From NCBI GenBank assembly GCA_040384485.1, contig JAZKJH010000005.1:3375-67374 (forward strand): 64,000 nucleotides of DNA, given 5' to 3'. This stretch comes from Patescibacteria group bacterium (GTDB lineage Bacteria > Patescibacteriota > Minisyncoccia > Phycocordibacterales > DATDWN01). Position numbers and translations under genes: made by a program. Position 1 is the stretch's first letter, and each line of letters starts with the position of its first letter. The notes under the pieces were generated by a model. The model saw only the letters and a list, made by a program, of their open reading frames with translations, was not told the DNA's origin and did no database searches. Below are positions 58,428 through 64,000 of this stretch, in pieces.

Positions 58428-58934
58428 CTATAATTTATTCATTAAAATTTTAAACCATTCAGTGTAGTTGTTGGGATTCTGTTGTATATCTTCACTAATG
58501 CTGTTCTCAGTCATCCATTTCCAATCACTTGCTTCATCCGGATTCAAAATTGGCTCTTTATCATATTCACCCACAAACACATGCAGAAATTCGTGTTCAG
58601 TAAGACCTTTGTCTAAAACTACTTTGTATATAAATTGTGTAATCTCTTTAAGTTCGCAATCAAAACCCATCTCTTCACCTAGTCTTCGGTTTGCTGCATG
58701 CAAAGTTTCTTCACCATCTCTCGGGTGACCGCAGCAAGTGTTGGTCCACAGCCCCCCACTATGATACTTTCCATCTGCTCTTTTTTGGAGCATTATTTCT
58801 CCATTCTTATTTTTTACAATAATAGAAAAAGCCCGATGTAAAAGACCCTTTTCGTGAGTCTCAAGTTTGCCCATTACCCCTATTTGGTTATCACGTTCAT
58901 CCACTAATATTAGTTGATCTTCGGCAATAGTCAT
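58428..58934 (-). CDS. idi: Isopentenyl-diphosphate delta-isomerase, type 1 (Nudix fold)
   Basis: WTNTCCGHP and the downstream E-rich motif. 168 aa. Confidence 0.85.
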   Translation of the reverse strand: MTIAEDQLILVDERDNQIGVMGKLETHEKGLLHRAFSIIVKNKNGEIMLQKRADGKYHSGGLWTNTCCGHPRDGEETLHAANRRLGEEMGFDCELKEITQFIYKVVLDKGLTEHEFLHVFVGEYDKEPILNPDEASDWKWMTENSISEDIQQNPNNYTEWFKILMNKL

Positions 58935-58940
58935 AAAATG

Positions 58941-59027
58941 CGGACAGAGTGGGATTCGAACCCACGGTACCGATTAGAGTACGGCGGTTTAGTAAACCGC
59001 TGATTTAAGCCACTCATCCATCTGTCC
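58941..59027 (-). tRNA. Type II (long variable arm) tRNA, Ser-like, with an anomalous anticodon loop UUACUAA
   Basis: Acceptor GGACAGA/TCTGTCC, 3-bp D-stem GAT/ATC with an AGTGG loop, anticodon stem GCGGT/ACCGC, variable arm with a GTAC/GTAC stem, T-arm GTGGG-TTCGAAT-CCCAC, discriminator G. Position 34 is A. Confidence 0.55.
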
Positions 59028-59106
59028 AGTTGTGTCAGTATAAACGAAATATAAGCAAAAATACAGCCTTACTAATCCACGGAAAATGTGATAATCTAAG
59101 AAAATT

Positions 59107-59196
59107 GGAGATGTGTCAGAGTGGTCTATCGTGCCTCTTTGCTAAAGAGGTGTACCCTTTAATAAGGTACCGACGGTTCGAATCCGTCCATCTCCG
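59107..59196 (+). tRNA. tRNA-Ser (anticodon GCU)
   Basis: Acceptor GGAGATG/CATCTCC, anticodon arm CCTCT-TTGCTAA-AGAGG, long variable arm, T-arm GACGG-TTCGAAT-CCGTC, discriminator G. The D-stem pairing is poor. Confidence 0.65.
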
Positions 59197-59214
59197 CTTT
59201 TAATAAAGTCTAGG

Positions 59215-59682
59215 TTATAAAGACTTACTACCCAAGATACTTCTTAAAATTTTCTCATACTTAGACGCCACAAAAGCAACCAGAATAGCGATAGAAGTGG
59301 CTACAATGCAAAGTCCTAAAAATCCTGCTGGGTCGTCTTCTGTTGCATGAAATGCTCTTATATATACTCCCGCCATAACAATTGTTGCTCCCAGTATAAC
59401 TGCGCAGTGTTTTATTGTTCGTAACGCTCTCATAGCTGCTTCTGAGAATGTATTATTTTGCTTTATATAGCCCAGCAATTTGAATACTTTATACAACAGA
59501 ATAAAAAAGGAGATTGATGATAAGTACACATAAGCTAAAAATGGATCATTAAAATAAATCTCAAAAACTTTAGCGTTTACATTTCTCCCCTCCAGATGCG
59601 GCATCCATAACATAAAAGTGGCGACCGTTATTCCTAGAATAACTGTTGCTACTTGTAAAAAATTTATTAGAAATTTTTTCAT
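59215..59682 (-). CDS. DUF2975-like 4-TM membrane protein
   Basis: 155 aa. Paralog of the protein at 59905..60417 (shared FSEAAMRALRTIKHC / FSEVSINTLRNIKYC). Confidence 0.5.
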   Translation of the reverse strand: MKKFLINFLQVATVILGITVATFMLWMPHLEGRNVNAKVFEIYFNDPFLAYVYLSSISFFILLYKVFKLLGYIKQNNTFSEAAMRALRTIKHCAVILGATIVMAGVYIRAFHATEDDPAGFLGLCIVATSIAILVAFVASKYEKILRSILGSKSL

Positions 59683-59693
59683 TGTTTATGTAT

Positions 59694-59897
59694 TTAGTTT
59701 TTATATTCCAAAATATCTCCCGGCTGACACTCCAATGCTTTACAGATAGCTTCTAAAGTTTCCAGTCTGACTGCTTTAGCTTTTCCATTTTTTAGAATTG
59801 AAATATTAGCCATTGTTATGCCAACTTTTTCTGCCAATTTAGTGACACTCATTTTTCTTTTTGCGAGCATCACATCTATGTTGATTATAATTGCCAT
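59694..59897 (-). CDS. XRE-family HTH transcriptional regulator (YozG-like)
   Basis: 67 aa. MSVTKLAEKVGITMANISILKNGK HTH. Confidence 0.75.
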   Translation of the reverse strand: MAIIINIDVMLAKRKMSVTKLAEKVGITMANISILKNGKAKAVRLETLEAICKALECQPGDILEYKN

Positions 59898-59904
59898 AAT
59901 ATTT

Positions 59905-60417
59905 TTATACAGTTAGATCATTCTCCGACTTTATATCCACGACGTTCTGTAGTAACTTCTCCACTATTCCAGTAAAGATAGTAATAGTAATAGGAATACA
60001 AGCAATTACCATTCCCATAAGAATTAGTCCCGGTGCATCATCCAACTCTGCAATAGGAAGTAGCCATGGTACCCCACCAACATACAAGACAGAAATAGTA
60101 GCCAGACAATATTTTATGTTTCTAAGAGTATTAATTGATACTTCTGAAAACGCCATGTTTTTATCGATAAGTTTTAATAGTCTCAACCCCTGCCAAAGTC
60201 CTATATAGAACGGAATTGCTGTCGCATAAAGTCCCAACATAATTAGAAAAACAGATGTAGAAGCCTCAGGAAATTCGGCAGACCCACCTTTCCACATTGA
60301 AGGCAGTGCAAAAACGCAGAAAGCGAGCACAATAAGTCCGATAACAAAGATGGCAAGTCTTAAAAAGTTTGTAGATTGCTTCTCAATAAGTGATTCAAAA
60401 TATTTTGTTATTTTCAT
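59905..60417 (-). CDS. DUF2975-like 4-TM membrane protein
   Basis: 170 aa. Paralog of the protein at 59215..59682. Confidence 0.5.
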   Translation of the reverse strand: MKITKYFESLIEKQSTNFLRLAIFVIGLIVLAFCVFALPSMWKGGSAEFPEASTSVFLIMLGLYATAIPFYIGLWQGLRLLKLIDKNMAFSEVSINTLRNIKYCLATISVLYVGGVPWLLPIAELDDAPGLILMGMVIACIPITITIFTGIVEKLLQNVVDIKSENDLTV

Positions 60418-60543
60418 TATTTTAGTGTAATTTATTACTTATCGTTTGTCAATATATTTTTGTTGTTAATAAGTTATAGCTCCTTTCATATCTGATTTTA
60501 CTAACGTAATAAAATATGTTATCATTTTTAAAGAGGTACAAGC

Positions 60544-60924
60544 TTGAACACAATACAACTAGCCGAACTTATGATGAATGAGCGTGGTTGGAGACATGCA
60601 GACCTCGCTCAAAAATGTGGTGTTTGTAGGCAAGTAATCCAAAAAAACATCACCGGAAAGATAAAGACTGGTCGTAGACACCGTTTCCACATCGGGGTTA
60701 TTGCGACTGCCTTGCGAAACGGTTTCGAAGCTGAAGCTTTGTCTATCCTCCTTGGAGATGGTGAGGACAAAAAAGTCTCGACAGTCCTACGAGCAGCAGT
60801 GATTTACCCTGACCTGAGTTCCTCGGAATTGGAACTGTTAAACAAAGCCGAAAAAACAACGTCAATGTCCCCTCTACCTGTTGAGGTGATAAAGTCTATC
60901 GTCCAAACCAACAGAGAACCCTGA
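60544..60924 (+). CDS. Putative DNA-binding protein (HTH-like N-terminus)
   Basis: IQLAELMMNERGWRHADLAQKCGVCRQVIQKNITGK. 126 aa. Confidence 0.4.
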   Translation: MNTIQLAELMMNERGWRHADLAQKCGVCRQVIQKNITGKIKTGRRHRFHIGVIATALRNGFEAEALSILLGDGEDKKVSTVLRAAVIYPDLSSSELELLNKAEKTTSMSPLPVEVIKSIVQTNREP

Positions 60925-60953
60925 GATAGTATCAATGGGTTTTTATTTTATAA

Positions 60954-60988
60954 ATAAAAAAAAACACCGAAGATAGTCGTTCGGTGTT
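60954..60988. terminator. Rho-independent terminator (bidirectional)
   Basis: aaacaccgaa-gatagtcgtt-cggtgttt flanked by A and T runs. Confidence 0.6.
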
Positions 60989-61320
60989 TAATTCATCTCC
61001 CAATCACAGAGCATCTCAAGGATGACAACTTCATCCTGTAAGTCTTCGATGTCTCCATCGAAGTTCATAAAAACTCGGGTCAATTTGTCGACGTCAGCCA
61101 AATTACAAACTGGTGGTGGCAACTTCACAAAATGCGCATCCAAATCCAGCATCGACATAAGAACAAGTTTCTTTTCCCAAAGCAGGTCCATGGCAAGTTT
61201 TTTATCACTGGGGAAAATAAGCGGTTCGCTCATATAGCTCCTCCAATAAATAAACTGTTCTAGTCTAATTGAAACAAATATAAAACAAATAAGCAACAAA
61301 AAAGCACCCATGCTATGCAT
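60988..61320 (-). CDS. Hypothetical protein
   Basis: ORF of 110 aa that overlaps the next gene by 8 nt (operon-like). Confidence 0.3.
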   Translation of the reverse strand: MHSMGAFLLLICFIFVSIRLEQFIYWRSYMSEPLIFPSDKKLAMDLLWEKKLVLMSMLDLDAHFVKLPPPVCNLADVDKLTRVFMNFDGDIEDLQDEVVILEMLCDWEMN

Positions 61321-61576
61321 GGGTGCTGTGATTCTGCTTGCGAGACTCAGTAACTACATGAGACTCAAGTTCCAAAACCTCGGAGTTGAGATCTGTTGCC
61401 AACTCATCTGCTTCTTCTCGAAGCTTGAGCCATAATGGATAGTCTCGCGACTCTCGGTATGGTTCCACCATATCGAGTCTCTCCACAGCTGAAGTTGCTG
61501 TTGCGAGAGCGCTACGTTTGTCTATCAGCAACCGCTTGCAATCGAGCAGCGACTTTGGAAAATCCGACATTGTCAC
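61313..61576 (-). CDS. Hypothetical protein
   Basis: ORF of 87 aa, acidic with a coiled-coil character. Confidence 0.3.
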   Translation of the reverse strand: MTMSDFPKSLLDCKRLLIDKRSALATATSAVERLDMVEPYRESRDYPLWLKLREEADELATDLNSEVLELESHVVTESRKQNHSTHA

Positions 61577-61684
61577 ACCTTCCCTTCCTGGAAATATTTA
61601 ACCATAAAAAATTTGATAAATCAAATATAAAAAATCGCTGGGGAGGAACTTGTCCTCCACCAGCGATGTATGTTTTGTTTTGGT

Positions 61685-62779
61685 TTAACGCTCGATCAGA
61701 GCGTTGCCCCATAGTTCACCCATGATTTCCCATGGGTTACCAACGGGCTGCATGGTGAACTTGTAGCTCACCCACATCCCGGCGGCAAACTTTTCGGGCA
61801 CATCCAACTGAAATGCCTTACCGTGTTTGCCTTTCTCGAAAATCTGGCAACCGAACGGAACGTTGGCATCGTATGTATTGACGCCCCTGCCCCGAACAAC
61901 ACCACAGACCTCGATTGGTTTATCCTCCCAATGCTCAACCTCGATTACGATCACCTTTTTTCGACCGAGGTCGATAGTCTGGCGAATGATCATCTCAGTA
62001 TGAGGAATGAGGACAAGATCCCCAAAGTTCAGATTCCCGCCGTCGTAACGGAAGGGCTGACTCAGAAGCTGCATCCCATTGGCCGAGATTTCCAAACGAT
62101 AGTCACCCGATTGCAATTCACGTTCTCGTCCCCAACCCTCCCAGCAGTTGAATACGTTCTTCTGAACGTAGCAGTTGCCGGTGGACTGGTTCTGATAGGA
62201 TTCATAGCTGAGATACTCATATCCCAACTCTTCGTGCTTAACCATCCGAAGCAAAGTGACTTGTGGATACAAACCACCCGCGAATGAATCGAAAAGATCC
62301 CTGCTGCCGCGAGCCGTGACGAGCTTGCCCGTCACTGTACCACGTACGTCATCATCGGCACGGACAATCGAGTGCCCTGGTTGACCGGAGAGATACTGAA
62401 CTTCATACCACCAGTCCCACTCCCAGTCGTATCCGTAGACACGAATGGTGACCATCTTTCCGTACATGCAACTCGTCGCCGGAAGGTAGAAGCCGTGCTT
62501 TCCCCCCACTCCAAGATACGCATTTACGTCGGTTCGTTCCACCAGGGTCAGATAACCACCAATGTAACACGACTCAGTCTTGTTGGTTTCGGGGTTTGTG
62601 AATTCTCCCCAAACCTCGTAGAACGAGGAATCGTTCGGGTAGACTGGGTTTGCCAGCCAACCATGAATCCCGCCCTTATCGGCTCGGTCGATGTTGCCTT
62701 CGTACGTCTGCGCCGACACGGCGGTCGGCAGAATCGCGAGAACCAGCACAGCGAACCAGTAGATTGGACTCTTTTTCAT
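61685..62779 (-). CDS. Secreted hypothetical protein (GC-rich, likely acquired)
   Basis: Signal peptide MKKSPIYWFAVLVLAILPTAVSA. 364 aa, rich in W, Y and G. Composition clearly differs from the neighbours. Confidence 0.45.
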   Translation of the reverse strand: MKKSPIYWFAVLVLAILPTAVSAQTYEGNIDRADKGGIHGWLANPVYPNDSSFYEVWGEFTNPETNKTESCYIGGYLTLVERTDVNAYLGVGGKHGFYLPATSCMYGKMVTIRVYGYDWEWDWWYEVQYLSGQPGHSIVRADDDVRGTVTGKLVTARGSRDLFDSFAGGLYPQVTLLRMVKHEELGYEYLSYESYQNQSTGNCYVQKNVFNCWEGWGRERELQSGDYRLEISANGMQLLSQPFRYDGGNLNFGDLVLIPHTEMIIRQTIDLGRKKVIVIEVEHWEDKPIEVCGVVRGRGVNTYDANVPFGCQIFEKGKHGKAFQLDVPEKFAAGMWVSYKFTMQPVGNPWEIMGELWGNALIER

Positions 62780-62886
62780 CTAGTATCCTCTTGGAAATGG
62801 CCTGGTTAGGGCCCGTTTAAAGAACTCATGTATATTATAGCATTAAAATAGGCTGTTTGTCAATACTTGGTCCTGTGCTCAAATAT

Positions 62887-62917
62887 AAAAGGCGCGATGT
62901 AAATCGCGCCTGATTTT
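62887..62917. terminator. Rho-independent terminator
   Basis: aaaaggcgcgat-gtaa-atcgcgcctgatttt. Confidence 0.65.
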
Positions 62918-63263
62918 AGTGAACCTTACGTCTGTATTTTAGAATCTTGGAAGGTTTTTGTGTCCCTTGCTCTTGAGTCTCCGTTGGTGTGGCAAGTGTT
63001 TCCGCCCAACCATTAAGCTCTTTATCAAGTCTTAAGTGAAGCTCCCCCAGATCCTTACTAAAGAGTATGATCTCACTCTCTGTGGCTTCGATAGCTGCCC
63101 TAATAGCAGCTTCATGCCAAGCACCTTTATTCTTTACAAGCATCAACTGCAGCCTGTTAATCCGATCATGAAAACTCTCAAGCATTGTCTCATTGAAACG
63201 GATCGCATCCTCTATGTGAGATACAATCGTCAAAGCATCGTCTGATTTGTCTCTCTGTGACAT
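62916..63263 (-). CDS. Hypothetical protein
   Basis: ORF of 115 aa with a helical character. Confidence 0.35.
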   Translation of the reverse strand: MSQRDKSDDALTIVSHIEDAIRFNETMLESFHDRINRLQLMLVKNKGAWHEAAIRAAIEATESEIILFSKDLGELHLRLDKELNGWAETLATPTETQEQGTQKPSKILKYRRKVH

Positions 63264-63349
63264 CTAGTCCCCTTCCTGAACTGATTCTTTCATACTAGAA
63301 ACCCTGCTGTCAATCGTTACAAAAAACATATAGAAGGTATAATTAGCAA

Positions 63350-64000
63350 ATGTCTAAAAGCAACTACGGAAGCAAGTCCCTAAAACTTCATCTAAAACTA
63401 AAAGGTAAACTGGGAATACAAGCCAAAACAAAAATAGAAAACAAGGAAGACTTGTCTGTTGTGTACACGCCCGGGATAGCAGAAGTTTCCAAAGCACTTT
63501 CAAAAAACAAAAGCTTAGCGCACAAGATGTCTATCAAATCAAACTCCGTAGCTGTAATATCTGACGGCTCTGCAGTTTTAGGACTTGGAAACATAGGCCC
63601 CTACGGGGCACTTCCAGTGATGGAAGGAAAAGCTTTGTTGTTCAAAAAATTTGCCAACATAGACGCCTACCCTATCTGTCTCGATACCCAAGATACCGAA
63701 GAAATAATCCAAACTATTAAAAATATTTCTGTAGGATTTGGCGGAATAAACCTAGAAGACATTGCTGCCCCAAAATGTTTTGAAATAGAAGAACGTTTGA
63801 AAAAAGAATTGGACATACCAGTCATGCACGACGACCAACATGGAACTGCTATTGTGGTTTTGGCTGCAGTTATAAACTCTCTCAAAATAGTTAGAAAGAA
63901 AAAAGAGAGTATAAAAGTTGTAGTAAATGGAGCAGGTTCGGCAGCCATAGCCATAACCAACCTGTTTATCGAATACGGAATAACTTCTAGAAATATAATA
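63350..64000 (+). CDS. NAD(P)-dependent malic enzyme, N-terminal part. The 3' end lies beyond the window.
   Basis: The frame is open to the window end, which is why it is absent from the ORF track. The translation SLKLHLKLKGKL...DLSVVYTPGIAEVSKAL...VISDGSAVLGLGNIGPYGALPVMEGKALLFKKFANIDAYPICLD matches malic enzymes. Confidence 0.8.
   Translation, partial: MSKSNYGSKSLKLHLKLKGKLGIQAKTKIENKEDLSVVYTPGIAEVSKALSKNKSLAHKMSIKSNSVAVISDGSAVLGLGNIGPYGALPVMEGKALLFKKFANIDAYPICLDTQDTEEIIQTIKNISVGFGGINLEDIAAPKCFEIEERLKKELDIPVMHDDQHGTAIVVLAAVINSLKIVRKKKESIKVVVNGAGSAAIAITNLFIEYGITSRNII

Overview
The window is AT-rich, gene-dense, and has the small streamlined proteins typical of an ultra-small (CPR/Patescibacteria-like) bacterial genome. 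TGA is used as an ordinary stop codon in long conserved genes (ligA, pilB, pyrG, gatA), so the standard code 11 applies. I call about 75 protein genes and 7 tRNA genes: Gln-CUG, Thr-GGU, Asp-GUC, two with CAU anticodons, Ser-GCU, and one odd Ser-like type II tRNA. No rRNA genes or CRISPR arrays are present.

Main blocks:
- **1 to 9 kb:** RNase J C-terminus, an MFS transporter, MscL, FAD oxidoreductases, MerR and TrmB regulators, and a coaE-coaD pair in which CoaD is fused to an HD phosphohydrolase domain.
- **9 to 13 kb:** a complete NAD salvage cluster (pnuC, nadR-like, nrtR, nadM-Nudix, extra Nudix). It carries candidate NrtR operators of the form TAGTGT-N7-ACACTA that overlap the promoters. 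A third copy of this operator sits upstream of pncB-pncA at 34 kb.
- **22 to 27 kb:** pyrG, ftsX, ftsE, and prfB with an odd upstream ORF.
- **27 to 34 kb:** an island-like segment next to tRNA-Thr that carries tRNA half-copies. It holds a transglutaminase-like protein, a small basic ORF, and a vWA / PP2C phosphatase / Ser-Thr kinase triad resembling the TerY-P system. That triad appears co-transcribed with pncB-pncA.
- **34 to 43 kb:** a two-domain methyltransferase, an IDH-family dehydrogenase, PCD, tRNA-Asp with two downstream copies of its 3' end, two tRNA-CAU genes, gatA and gatC.
- **43 to 58 kb:** ligA followed by a complete type IV pilus and competence locus (four minor pilins, pilD, two major pilins, pilC, pilT, a response regulator, pilB, pilO/N/M, divergent comFC), then idi.
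- **59 to 64 kb:** an XRE regulator flanked by two DUF2975-like membrane paralogs, hypothetical proteins including a GC-rich secreted one, and a partial malic enzyme at the window end.

Several conserved rho-independent terminators are visible. The most interesting signals are the NrtR regulon architecture, the TerY-P-like triad wired into the pncBA operon, the repeated tRNA-end fragments at three tRNA loci, and the unusual tRNAs.
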